Virus record (IMG/VR): IMGVR_UViG_3300030060_002738
Span: 34,041-98,040 of that record
Direction: 5' to 3' (one strand)
DNA from: a virus
DNA: 64,000 nucleotides
Each line of letters starts with the position of its first letter. Position 1 is the stretch's first letter. Shown here in pieces: positions 17,810 to 27,015 of the stretch. Below the pieces are notes generated by a model that saw nothing but the letters and a program-made list of their open reading frames with translations, was not told where the DNA came from and ran no database searches. The position numbers and the translations under genes are program-made.

Positions 17810-19444
17810 ATGGTAGAAGAAAAAAGACCCACCTTGTTTCAGCGTTTAACCCGCAGAACAACCCCGAAGCCCCAAGACAGAACGATATACAATCCGGGTA
17901 TACAAGAGAAGGACACATCCTATCTGATAACCGCCCCAATAATCTATCATGTCACATATCAATCTGTGATTGCTAGAACTTGTATCACCCAATTAAAGAA
18001 TGAGATATTCAGAAGAGGATATACTTGGGAGGAGAAGTTTACCGCTAAATGTGGTGATTGTGGAAAGGAACACAAGCGAGCAGTAACAGAGTGTGTGGAA
18101 TGTGAAAGTACAAATCTCATAAAACCTGATAGAGAACAACTAAAGTACATACAGAAATTACTGGATGGCTATGTGAACAAAGGCGAGCAGATGTTCGTTG
18201 ATGTTCTGAAAGAAATGGAAGACGACCTGAACATCATGGATGATGCATACATGGTCATGGTCAAGGAATACTTCGTTGATGGAAACGGAGATATCCGTAT
18301 GCATCGAATCAAAGAGGTCTATCGTGGAGACCCTGTTAGTATGCACATATACGCTGATGAGAATGGTGAAAGAGGACATGAAGGATTCACCTGTCTAAAT
18401 CATCGAAACTTCATCAGCAAGTCGATGACTGATTCATGCGAGATATGTGGTTCTGAGTTGCATCCTGTGCATTATGTCAACAGGGCAAATGGAAAGGAGC
18501 AGTATTTCATTGATGGAGAGGTTCTACATTTCAGCAAGTATGCACCATCGAGACTCTACGGCCAGTCTCCGATAATGACTCTATGGAATCACATCACCAC
18601 GCTCATCGCTATGGAGAACTACGTCAACTCGTCATACACCAAGGCTAGAATGCCAAGGGGAATACTAGCAGTTCAAACTAGAAACATGGAATCAATGAAG
18701 TCCTTTTGGCGTGGTGTCAAAGAGAAGATGGAGCAAGACCCGCACTTCATTCCAGTAATGGGTATAGAGGGTGATGGAAAATCAGGAGCAGTCGAATGGG
18801 TCAAGTTCATGGACAGTCTCAAAGAGATGGACTACATACAAGTCAAGGAAGACTTGAGAGATAGAATCGCTGCCTTCTATGGAGTTAGTAAAATCTTCAT
18901 GGCAGATAACTCTGCCAGTGGCGGTCTCAACAACGAGGGTATGCAGATACTTGTAACCAACAGAGCAGTTGAGATGGCACAGACGATTTGGAACGAGTAT
19001 GTTTTCCCCTTTATGACGAAGGAGTTTGGGATAACGGATTGGCAGTTGAAACTACCGCCTTCTGAAGAAGAGGATGAGATTGCCAAACTACGAAAGAGAG
19101 AAATTGAAGTTAACGTAGCAGCATCAATCAAGAATCTAGGCTTTGAAGTTGACATGGATGACGAGGGAAGATTCACTTTCAAGAAGCCTGAACCAAAGCC
19201 TGAGCAACAAGGGCCGAAAAAAGAGGGAGAGGAGAAAGTAGAAACTGACCCATACGCAGGAACAGATATCGATGCAAGTCAATTAGGTCAGTTGCAAGAA
19301 CAGCAATTGATGGGAGGTCAAGGTGGTGGAGAGACTAGAAACAAACCATCTATGGAGACTGGCCCTGATAAGAGATTCACAGGATTACCTAGAGAAGCAG
19401 GTAATGAGAATGTTGATTCACGGACAGAGAGGAGAGTAGGTTGA
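17810..19444 (+). CDS. portal protein (with Zn-ribbon insertions)
   Basis: Position after TerL; EVLHF...RLYGQSP, PRGIL, IAAFYGV motifs of HK97-type portals. Confidence 0.9.
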   Translation: MVEEKRPTLFQRLTRRTTPKPQDRTIYNPGIQEKDTSYLITAPIIYHVTYQSVIARTCITQLKNEIFRRGYTWEEKFTAKCGDCGKEHKRAVTECVECESTNLIKPDREQLKYIQKLLDGYVNKGEQMFVDVLKEMEDDLNIMDDAYMVMVKEYFVDGNGDIRMHRIKEVYRGDPVSMHIYADENGERGHEGFTCLNHRNFISKSMTDSCEICGSELHPVHYVNRANGKEQYFIDGEVLHFSKYAPSRLYGQSPIMTLWNHITTLIAMENYVNSSYTKARMPRGILAVQTRNMESMKSFWRGVKEKMEQDPHFIPVMGIEGDGKSGAVEWVKFMDSLKEMDYIQVKEDLRDRIAAFYGVSKIFMADNSASGGLNNEGMQILVTNRAVEMAQTIWNEYVFPFMTKEFGITDWQLKLPPSEEEDEIAKLRKREIEVNVAASIKNLGFEVDMDDEGRFTFKKPEPKPEQQGPKKEGEEKVETDPYAGTDIDASQLGQLQEQQLMGGQGGGETRNKPSMETGPDKRFTGLPREAGNENVDSRTERRVG

Positions 19445-19545
19445 GCGACATACTTGAGTTTGTCAGGAAGTGGAAAGAAGAGATAGACAGACTCAATGCA
19501 GAAACAGATGAGAGACTAAAGAAATACTTGGAGGGAGAGAAGTGA
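19441..19545 (+). CDS. 34-aa microprotein
   Basis: Not in track; MSDILEFVRKWKEEIDRLNAETDERLKKYLEGEK exactly fills the gap, with 4-nt overlaps at both ends. Confidence 0.55.
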   Translation: MSDILEFVRKWKEEIDRLNAETDERLKKYLEGEK

Positions 19546-20342
19546 GTTGGTTTGACGCTATCAAGGAAGAATCAAAGTTCACTCCTGAGAATCTATCCGA
19601 AGAGAAGAGAAGACTGTTTGAGTCTGAGCCATCCTTTGAGGTAGACTTCCCTGATTATGAGCATCCTGATAATGAAGAGGAACTGCCAAAAGTCATCGCC
19701 ATGATGAAGAATAATGGTATTGACGAGGATGAGATGGAGGACTTAGACCAAAACAATATCGAGATGATGTTGGAGATTGTCGGTGAGGAGAAGGAAGACA
19801 GGGAGGATTTGATTGAAGATATTGATATTCACACAATCAAACTCAAAGTCAAGTATGGCAGACCAAGACCATACGAAATATCAGATGAGATAGAATCCAC
19901 AACTGATACGGATGACAGTCCATCTTTTCCAAGCGGTCATGCGATGGAGGCTTATGCTTTAGCGAAGATTCTAGGAAAACAGTATCCTGATAAGGAAGAG
20001 GAGTTGATGAAACTTGCCGGAAAGATATCACTATCTAGAGTAAGAATGGGAAATCATTATCCAAGTGACATAGAGGTTGGGAAGAAAGCAGGACTTCTAA
20101 TTGCTGATGCGTATCTATCTGAGTCAAAGATTGAGAAGTGGCAAGATATCCTGCACAAGAAAAGGAAAAGCAAGTCCAAGGTAAATCAGGCAGGAAACTA
20201 CACAAAGCCCGGTATGAGAAAGAGGATGTTTCAGAGAATCAAAGCGGGTAGCAAAGGTGGCCCTGCTGGTAAGTGGTCAGCGAGGAAGGCACAGTTGCTT
20301 GCTCAAAGATACAAGAAAGCAGGTGGTGGTTATCGTGGCTGA
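19542..20342 (+). CDS. PAP2-superfamily phosphatase fused to a basic DUF5872-like N-half; two W-motifs
   Basis: KxxxxRPRP, PSFPSGH, SRVRMGNHYPSD; C-terminal NYTKP...GKWSARKAQLLA...GGGY; starts MSWFDAIK, linker KWQDILHK. Confidence 0.85.
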   Translation: MSWFDAIKEESKFTPENLSEEKRRLFESEPSFEVDFPDYEHPDNEEELPKVIAMMKNNGIDEDEMEDLDQNNIEMMLEIVGEEKEDREDLIEDIDIHTIKLKVKYGRPRPYEISDEIESTTDTDDSPSFPSGHAMEAYALAKILGKQYPDKEEELMKLAGKISLSRVRMGNHYPSDIEVGKKAGLLIADAYLSESKIEKWQDILHKKRKSKSKVNQAGNYTKPGMRKRMFQRIKAGSKGGPAGKWSARKAQLLAQRYKKAGGGYRG

Positions 20343-20607
20343 TTGGTTTGATTTTCTAAAGGCCAAGTCAAAGTCTCAGAGGTCTCTGTCAACTTGGACA
20401 GATGAGGAGTGGGGGAGTCAAGAACAGCATCGTGCAAAAGAGAAGGGAAAAAAAGCACCTTCCAAAACCAAAGGAAGATACATGCCAAAGGCCACATACA
20501 AAAGAACCCCAAAGAAGACATTGGACTATCAAGACAGAAAGAAAAGGAAGGGTCGTAAGAAAGGAAAGCAACATGTCCCAACAGGAAGGAAGTTCTCTCA
20601 GAAGTGA
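20335..20607 (+). CDS. basic DUF5872-like C-half protein with N-terminal W-motif
   Basis: GTG start, MADWFDFLKA; QRSLSTWTDEEW...GRYMPK. Confidence 0.65.
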   Translation: MADWFDFLKAKSKSQRSLSTWTDEEWGSQEQHRAKEKGKKAPSKTKGRYMPKATYKRTPKKTLDYQDRKKRKGRKKGKQHVPTGRKFSQK

Positions 20608-20612
20608 TTATC

Positions 20613-21020
20613 ATGCCAATTCGTAAAGTCAAAGGAGGATACAAGTGGGGCAAGAAGGGCAAGGTCTATCGAAGTCGTAAAGGTGCTGAGAGACAAGCAG
20701 CCGCCGCTTATGCTTCAGGCTACAAGAAGTCAATGAATTGGTTTGATACTCTAAAGAGAGACAAGAAAGACATGAGAGTTGGTACTGTTTATCCTTCAGA
20801 TAGAGAAGGTAAGAAAATTATGATGCTAACCCATGAAGGAAAGAAGATTCATGCTGGTGCTAAAGGCTACGGTAATTACAAGAGAAAGGGTAAGAATCGT
20901 GGAGGTGGAACACACAAAGACCCTGCTAGGAGAAAGAATTTCAGAGCAAGGCATAACTGTGACCAATGTAAAGGTAGAATTACTACCCCTAAGTGCCTAG
21001 CATGTAAAAAACTGTGGTGA
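20613..21020 (+). CDS. very basic two-module protein (DUF5754-like C-module) with internal W-motif
   Basis: MPIRKVKGGYKWG module + MNWFDTLKR + KKIHAGAKGY...RRKNFRARHNC module. Confidence 0.7.
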   Translation: MPIRKVKGGYKWGKKGKVYRSRKGAERQAAAAYASGYKKSMNWFDTLKRDKKDMRVGTVYPSDREGKKIMMLTHEGKKIHAGAKGYGNYKRKGKNRGGGTHKDPARRKNFRARHNCDQCKGRITTPKCLACKKLW

Positions 21021-21025
21021 GAGAG

Positions 21026-21202
21026 ATGAATTGGAAAGAGACATTGAAGAAACAAACAGAGAACGAACCTAAAATGGTTGACCCTGCTCAACAAGAGGAG
21101 ATGGACAAGGCACTTGTTGGAGGTCAGAAGGAACTCGACAAAGACAAGGATGGAGACATTGATGCTAAAGATTTCAAACAACTAAGGGAGGAAAGGAAAT
21201 GA
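21026..21202 (+). CDS. small EF-hand-like protein with N-terminal W-motif
   Basis: Starts MNWKETLKK; LDKDKDGDIDAKDF. Confidence 0.7.
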   Translation: MNWKETLKKQTENEPKMVDPAQQEEMDKALVGGQKELDKDKDGDIDAKDFKQLREERK

Positions 21203-21429
21203 CAGAGAAAAAGAAAGGAGTAAGAGAATTGGAAAGAGAACTAGCAGAAGCAAGAGCAGAGCAATACGCTCACCACAGTAGAAGTGTGACAAAGAACAGG
21301 GACTTCTCTGTTGGGGGTGTTGACCCTAATGCTGTGAAGAAGGAGAGACCTGATACAGCAGATGTTCCTGATGCAATCCTACTACCTAAGAAAAAGAGGT
21401 CAAGAACACCGAACAACCCTTGGGGATGA
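21199..21429 (+). CDS. hypothetical protein
   Basis: ATGA overlap; purine-rich SD. Confidence 0.7.
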   Translation: MTEKKKGVRELERELAEARAEQYAHHSRSVTKNRDFSVGGVDPNAVKKERPDTADVPDAILLPKKKRSRTPNNPWG

Positions 21430-21434
21430 TTCAG

Positions 21435-22517
21435 ATGGCGCAGGATTTCATGGATATCTTGCGTAAGAAGAAGGATGAAGATTTCTTTACTGGCGAGGAG
21501 GATATCACTGATTTCCAAAGAGATGTCGAACAGGACACTGATGAGGGAACGACTGACACCATGATGGGCAGGTTGGATAGAGATACTAGACAAGGGATAA
21601 GCGGTGCAGAGGCAGCAGACGAACTAGATGCGAAGAGAAAGAAGAAGTTGCAGGAAAAGGCAGTTAGTGCGAAGAACCTACAAATGTGGGGAAGGATACT
21701 AGAAACCTTCAGTAAAAACCCTGACATCACGGCTAATGAAATACGGGATGCAGTAAAGGAGTTCAGTAAATCTTTCTTGATTCCAAGAAATAGAAGCAAA
21801 GATAAGATAAACAGATTCTATCAGAGTATAATAACACAACAAGCAGACCCTAAACTCTTGAACTTGTTTTTTGCCAAGCCTGAAGATAAAGGCATACAAG
21901 TTTCAGGAGATGTAGAAGCACTTGGCTTCGACCTCTCAGAAGTAGAAAGGGAATATAATGGACAAGAATCGCTTGATATTCTAAGAGAGTTCTTTGAAGC
22001 AACTGCTGATATGCCTAGAGATTTGCTTACTGGTAAGAAGATGACGAGGAGTAAATTGGACAGGTTAGAAGCCATGCTCATAAACACAGCAAAAATGGAT
22101 ACCGATAATCTCCCTAAAGACCCTAAGCAGATACTGAAACTTTTCAGAGAAATAGTATTGACTCTTGATAGATACAAGGAAAATGAACAGTCTAAACTTA
22201 GCAAAGAAGACTCGACTATTGATAGTAAGGATAGAAATTGGGAAATGAAAGTCGAACCCGGTGAGTTTTCCTATCAAACAGAGACAGAAGTATTCGATAT
22301 AAATCCCTCTGTTCTAGGTAGTGTAGAGGTTCTACTAGACAATCTTGAGAACATGATGAACGATGTAACACAAAGAAAAACTAACTCTGATGATACAGAT
22401 GAAGTAGATAGTTTGGATAAACTGCTGAAGCAGATGAAGAGTTTAATTAAAGTAACAATAGGAGATTACAAATTCAAACTCTCAGATGATGAAACAAGGG
22501 CAATTAAAATTAACTGA
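21435..22517 (+). CDS. acidic helical hypothetical protein with F-variant of the motif
   Basis: Starts MAQDFMDILRKK. Confidence 0.75.
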   Translation: MAQDFMDILRKKKDEDFFTGEEDITDFQRDVEQDTDEGTTDTMMGRLDRDTRQGISGAEAADELDAKRKKKLQEKAVSAKNLQMWGRILETFSKNPDITANEIRDAVKEFSKSFLIPRNRSKDKINRFYQSIITQQADPKLLNLFFAKPEDKGIQVSGDVEALGFDLSEVEREYNGQESLDILREFFEATADMPRDLLTGKKMTRSKLDRLEAMLINTAKMDTDNLPKDPKQILKLFREIVLTLDRYKENEQSKLSKEDSTIDSKDRNWEMKVEPGEFSYQTETEVFDINPSVLGSVEVLLDNLENMMNDVTQRKTNSDDTDEVDSLDKLLKQMKSLIKVTIGDYKFKLSDDETRAIKIN

Positions 22518-22538
22518 GCATACACAGGAGGCAACCAC

Positions 22539-22868
22539 ATGACATGGCAGGAGATACTGAAAGCCTCCGAGTTTCTAGAGAAACTAGAGCCAAAACAGAA
22601 GAAGAAGATAAAGAAACTTCTTCAGTCAACACAGCCAACTGAGTACATGGGACAAGAGATGACGAAGTTAGAAGATGTCATTAAGGAGATGGAAGACCTC
22701 GATTTAGTAAAAACAGACAAACTACTCACAAAGAAGATGAAGTCCTTCCGTGAGAAGAATCTAGACATACTCGCAAGTGCTGCTGAACTTCGCAAAGATT
22801 ATCAAACGCTCTATGACCAAATCAGGAGCGTAGCATACCCAAAGGGTGACAAGGAGGAAAAGAAATGA
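22539..22868 (+). CDS. coiled-coil protein with N-terminal W-motif
   Basis: GGAGG SD; starts MTWQEILKA. Confidence 0.8.
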   Translation: MTWQEILKASEFLEKLEPKQKKKIKKLLQSTQPTEYMGQEMTKLEDVIKEMEDLDLVKTDKLLTKKMKSFREKNLDILASAAELRKDYQTLYDQIRSVAYPKGDKEEKK

Positions 22869-23191
22869 ATTGGTTTGACATAATGAAAATATACGGCAAT
22901 GAAGAGGAGAATAATCTACCTAGAGAAATACTTGACCTTCTTGAGAAGTTAGAAGAAATAGAAACAGACTACAATGCTAAGGTGGATGAATTTGATTACG
23001 AGTTAAGCGAAACATGTGAAAAGATACTTGACTTTGTACAGAATGATGCAAATTTGGAAGGTAAGAATAAAAATGTCCTAATAAACATAACTAGAGAACA
23101 TCAGAGGAAGTCAGTTTCAGAAAGTGACTATGAAACAGTATATCACTATTTCACAGATATCTATACCGAATTAAACGAGGTGGAAGAGTGA
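22865..23191 (+). CDS. acidic protein with N-terminal W-motif
   Basis: Starts MNWFDIMKI. Confidence 0.75.
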   Translation: MNWFDIMKIYGNEEENNLPREILDLLEKLEEIETDYNAKVDEFDYELSETCEKILDFVQNDANLEGKNKNVLINITREHQRKSVSESDYETVYHYFTDIYTELNEVEE

Positions 23192-23367
23192 GTTGGTTTG
23201 AAACACTAAAGGGAGATTGTGGCACAGAGAAGTCAGATGAGATGGCAAGAGTTACAACAACAGCCTCCACCGGACAAGACAAAGAAGCGGCCAAGAGGAC
23301 TGAGGATAAAGAAGCAGAACTATTGGCTATGATACGTGAGAGAAACAAGAAAGCGAGGGGAAATTAA
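23188..23367 (+). CDS. 59-aa protein with N-terminal W-motif
   Basis: Not in track; GAGGTG SD, GTG start, MSWFETLKGDCGTEKS...KKARGN; exactly fills the gap. Confidence 0.75.
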   Translation: MSWFETLKGDCGTEKSDEMARVTTTASTGQDKEAAKRTEDKEAELLAMIRERNKKARGN

Positions 23368-23685
23368 ATGACATGGCATGACATACTAAAAGCACCTCCA
23401 ATAAGAAACCCTAGAGAATCAGAGTTTGATGATAGAAGTAATGACAATCTATCATTGCCTGAGTATGTTGATTTGTTCAGAGAGAAAGTAGACCCAATAA
23501 TAAGAGAAGCAGGTGAAAGGGAAGAAAAGTATGCAACCATTAAACTCACTGACTTGAAAATGACACGGACAAAGGCACAAGAAATAGCAAGGGAACTATA
23601 TAGGGACAAAGGCTACGCCGCAATATTTGCTGGTTCAGATGGTGAATTAACATTCAAACTAGAAGGGGAACAAAGGAAGTATTAA
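23368..23685 (+). CDS. small protein with N-terminal W-motif
   Basis: Starts MTWHDILKA. Confidence 0.8.
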   Translation: MTWHDILKAPPIRNPRESEFDDRSNDNLSLPEYVDLFREKVDPIIREAGEREEKYATIKLTDLKMTRTKAQEIARELYRDKGYAAIFAGSDGELTFKLEGEQRKY

Positions 23686-23687
23686 AG

Positions 23688-23912
23688 ATGAGCAAAAAAG
23701 AAGAAAAAGACGAAATGTTACTATTAATGAAAGAACTTGTGAACAAGGTCAACGCCTTGGAGCAAGCAGTATACAACAAGGACAACCTACTGATGAAGTC
23801 AGGATATGTTGTTCGTGAGACTCCAACACCAGTTATGAACAATACACAAGTTCCTGATGGTGGTCAAATGTCTTGGGATGAGATTCGCAAGATGACGGAG
23901 AAAATGGGGTGA
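23688..23912 (+). CDS. mini-scaffold-like protein
   Basis: N-terminal coiled coil and C-terminal QMSWDEIRKM, mirroring both ends of the scaffold domain. Confidence 0.65.
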   Translation: MSKKEEKDEMLLLMKELVNKVNALEQAVYNKDNLLMKSGYVVRETPTPVMNNTQVPDGGQMSWDEIRKMTEKMG

Positions 23913-23917
23913 GATGA

Positions 23918-24409
23918 ATGCCTGAGAGAGTTACGAAAGAAGAGAAAATAGTTGAATTAGCAATACTGAAAGCCAAAGAGATTCTACAAGAGGCAGGACA
24001 TCTTGGAAGATTGAAACTCGATGAGGATGTCATGGGAGAGGAGATGAAAGTCAAGAAACCCAAGAAGAACCCATCAGAGGTTAAGATGGGAGATATGAGC
24101 AACATCGATGGCAAGGAGGATAAGACCAATGATGGAACTATGAAAAAGTTCGATGCTCTATGTGATGAGATTAGAAAACAGTTTGCTGAAGGAAGTATAG
24201 AGCAACGGCAATCTGATGCATTATCAGGACATAAAAATATGCTAGAAGAACTACTTAATGAACTACAAGAAAAGTTCCGCCAAGCACCCCCTGACAAGAG
24301 AACTAAGATAGAAAATGATATGCGAGCAATGATTAGGGAAATGAAGACTGTTAGAGATGTTCAACCTGCTGACCTTGCAAAACCCCCTATGGCACGAAGG
24401 TTTGGATAA
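23918..24409 (+). CDS. hypothetical head-module protein
   Basis: GGGGTGA SD; ELAILKA near the N-terminus. Confidence 0.75.
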   Translation: MPERVTKEEKIVELAILKAKEILQEAGHLGRLKLDEDVMGEEMKVKKPKKNPSEVKMGDMSNIDGKEDKTNDGTMKKFDALCDEIRKQFAEGSIEQRQSDALSGHKNMLEELLNELQEKFRQAPPDKRTKIENDMRAMIREMKTVRDVQPADLAKPPMARRFG

Positions 24410-24412
24410 GGG

Positions 24413-26977
24413 ATGAAAACATCAGGCGTATCCTTTGAAAAGGAAACTAAGGCTCTATCAAAAAGAGTTCTAGATTTCTTTGAGAGGGTGCGTTACGCAT
24501 ACCTATCTGCAAAGGAGAACCCGAAGGAGTACGGTAAGAACTGGAAGGCAACCGTCAAATCCATCCGTGAAGAGTATGATGGGCTAGGAGAGTTCGCTAG
24601 TGAACTGAAAGAGAACGTCAAGGAGAAGGAACTCTTTGACGACAAGGTGTATGATGCTGAGAGTCTACTTGCTAGAAGGGTGTATGAAGACATAAAGAGA
24701 ATGCGATTTGAGTCAAAGGGAGCGGCAGACCCGTTTTCAGAACAACTAGGAAATAAGGTCTTAGAAGTCCTATTAGACGACAAGGCTACTTTCGCTGCAT
24801 TCATTCACTATGCTTTGAGAAGTCACTCCAACCCACTGCCTAAGAAAGCATGGAAAGAGAGCAAACTAAAGCCTGACGAAATAACTCAGGGATACATGGG
24901 ATTGGACTTAGAAGAGAGAGATATTCCTCTATACATCATTGAGCATTATGGTGATGATAAGGACTCTAGGAGAGTGCAAGGAAAGTTCAAAGAAGCACTT
25001 GGTATTTTAGAGGAAGTATACAACAGCAGTTATACAGAAGACAAGTGGGAAGCCTTGAGAGATATCGATATCGCAAAGTCCGAGGAAATGAAAGAGGACA
25101 TTGATTTCATCATACCCAACAAACCGATGTATAGAATCTTTGAGTTAGATGACATGAAAGACATCAAGGGGCTGAGTGGAGAGTATGTCGTACAAGAGAA
25201 GTATGATGGAATGAGAATACAAATCCAAAAGGTCAACAAGGACATCAAGATATACTCATACAATGAAAAGGACATCACGGATAAATGTCCTGAGATTGTA
25301 GAGAAGATGCAGAAAAAGGGGATTGGTGACTGCGTTCTAGATGGCGAACTACTACTGTTTCAAGGAGACGATGCACTACACAGAGCGAGTGTGATAACTC
25401 ACATCTTCAAGAAGAAGATACCCGATACAAGACTAAGAGCGCATGTCTTTGATGTTATGAAGCACGAAGGTAAGGACTTGATGGATGAACCTCTAAGAGA
25501 AAGGATAAACATTCTATTCTATCAATACTCGCAACACTCATCAGATGAATTGGCTTTCCCTTCCAAGAAGGATACAAGGATTGCTGACTCTATGGAGGAA
25601 GTCGGAGAGTATGCAGAGAAGATAATGGAGATGCCAACCTCGGAAGGTGTTGTCATCAAGGACATCGAATCTACATACTACATGGGTAGGAAGAAGAACC
25701 CTAAGTGGATTAAGTGGAAGAAGTTCGTGGATTTAGATGTCATAGTCCTAGAAGACAGGAAGACCAAAAGCGGTTTGCATTCATACACTATGGGAATAGG
25801 GCCATTGACTGCTGAACAGACTAGAGAGATGAAGACAATTGAACTCGATGATAAGAACTACCTCCCTGTTGGTAAGGCATTGAATACCAAAGTAGAGGTT
25901 GATATTGGAGATATCATTCGTGTCAAGGTTGATGAGGTTACTAAGAAGGGCAAGGGATTCAGTCTCTACTCTGCTAAAGTCATAGAGTTGCCTGAAGTAG
26001 AAGAGTCAGACAAGTTGGAGACATTGGAGCAACTAGCCACTAAGACGAAGAAAGCCCTGATACCGAAACATCCTTTCATCAGACCATCTGATTTGACTAG
26101 CCCTCTCACAGTCATATCAGAATTACAGAGAGAAAAGAAGAACAAGAGGAGGATAAAGAAATATCTTGTTACCGATTATGTTCATGGTGAAGCAGAGATA
26201 ATCTGTAAGCATGAACTAGAGGGGTTCACAATCTATGGGTTCGATGGTGATTCCCTAATGCAGAAGAATGCACTTTACAATATGGATGAATGGAGAGGAC
26301 AACTAGAGAAACTAATGAAGTCTCGGAAGTCCAAACTCAGAGTTGCAATTAGAAAAATCATAGAGGAGAATCAGAAACCCGTAGATTTCGATGAGTTAGA
26401 TGAGAAACTGAGAATTACCGAGGAAGATGCATATGATGAAATCTTTGAGGGCAAACCAAAGAACCTCTTGGCATGGATGAAGAATCAAGATGCTTTCATC
26501 TTTATTTCTCCTGACAAGTTTGATGTTTCTCCTGAGAATATAGAGAAGGATGAGGATAAGGAATTAACAGGAGAGTTTGAAGTCAGACAGCGTGAGGATG
26601 GAAACTTAGATTTCATAATAGAGACTGATAACAAGAGAATGGCTTGGTTAATTGACCTAGAAAAGCCTGAAGATATCTTTGATTTATTTGGTAAGTCAGG
26701 AAAGTTCCCTGCTATGGTATCAGAGAAGATAGACAGCACAAAAGTCATTGATAGCGGAGAACTGTTGTTTGGTGTTCAACGAGATGGTTATCATGAATAT
26801 CGAATGGAAGGAGATAAGTTCCAAACTAGAATACACTTCAGAGTTGTTCCACTAGATGAGAAAAAGTCTTGGATAGTATTTACAGGCAAGAAACAGGACA
26901 TGTTAGAAGATACTTCTGATGAAGGAATCATCGATATTAGAAAAGACAAGTTTAGTAATTTACAACTACCTGAATAA
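24413..26977 (+). CDS. lig: ATP-dependent DNA ligase with N- and C-terminal extra domains
   Basis: Motif I EKYDGMR, III LDGEL, IIIa VFDVM, IV EGVVIK, V WIKWK, followed by an OB-fold region. Confidence 0.9.
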   Translation: MKTSGVSFEKETKALSKRVLDFFERVRYAYLSAKENPKEYGKNWKATVKSIREEYDGLGEFASELKENVKEKELFDDKVYDAESLLARRVYEDIKRMRFESKGAADPFSEQLGNKVLEVLLDDKATFAAFIHYALRSHSNPLPKKAWKESKLKPDEITQGYMGLDLEERDIPLYIIEHYGDDKDSRRVQGKFKEALGILEEVYNSSYTEDKWEALRDIDIAKSEEMKEDIDFIIPNKPMYRIFELDDMKDIKGLSGEYVVQEKYDGMRIQIQKVNKDIKIYSYNEKDITDKCPEIVEKMQKKGIGDCVLDGELLLFQGDDALHRASVITHIFKKKIPDTRLRAHVFDVMKHEGKDLMDEPLRERINILFYQYSQHSSDELAFPSKKDTRIADSMEEVGEYAEKIMEMPTSEGVVIKDIESTYYMGRKKNPKWIKWKKFVDLDVIVLEDRKTKSGLHSYTMGIGPLTAEQTREMKTIELDDKNYLPVGKALNTKVEVDIGDIIRVKVDEVTKKGKGFSLYSAKVIELPEVEESDKLETLEQLATKTKKALIPKHPFIRPSDLTSPLTVISELQREKKNKRRIKKYLVTDYVHGEAEIICKHELEGFTIYGFDGDSLMQKNALYNMDEWRGQLEKLMKSRKSKLRVAIRKIIEENQKPVDFDELDEKLRITEEDAYDEIFEGKPKNLLAWMKNQDAFIFISPDKFDVSPENIEKDEDKELTGEFEVRQREDGNLDFIIETDNKRMAWLIDLEKPEDIFDLFGKSGKFPAMVSEKIDSTKVIDSGELLFGVQRDGYHEYRMEGDKFQTRIHFRVVPLDEKKSWIVFTGKKQDMLEDTSDEGIIDIRKDKFSNLQLPE

Positions 26978-27015
26978 CCACCTACTTCTTATAGTAAGAG
27001 AAATAGGTGCAGTGA

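Noticed and set aside
14995-19444. Intein or intron linking the LAGLIDADG ORF to terminase or portal
   Set aside because: TerL and portal are complete with their own starts and stops, and there are no intein splice-junction motifs.
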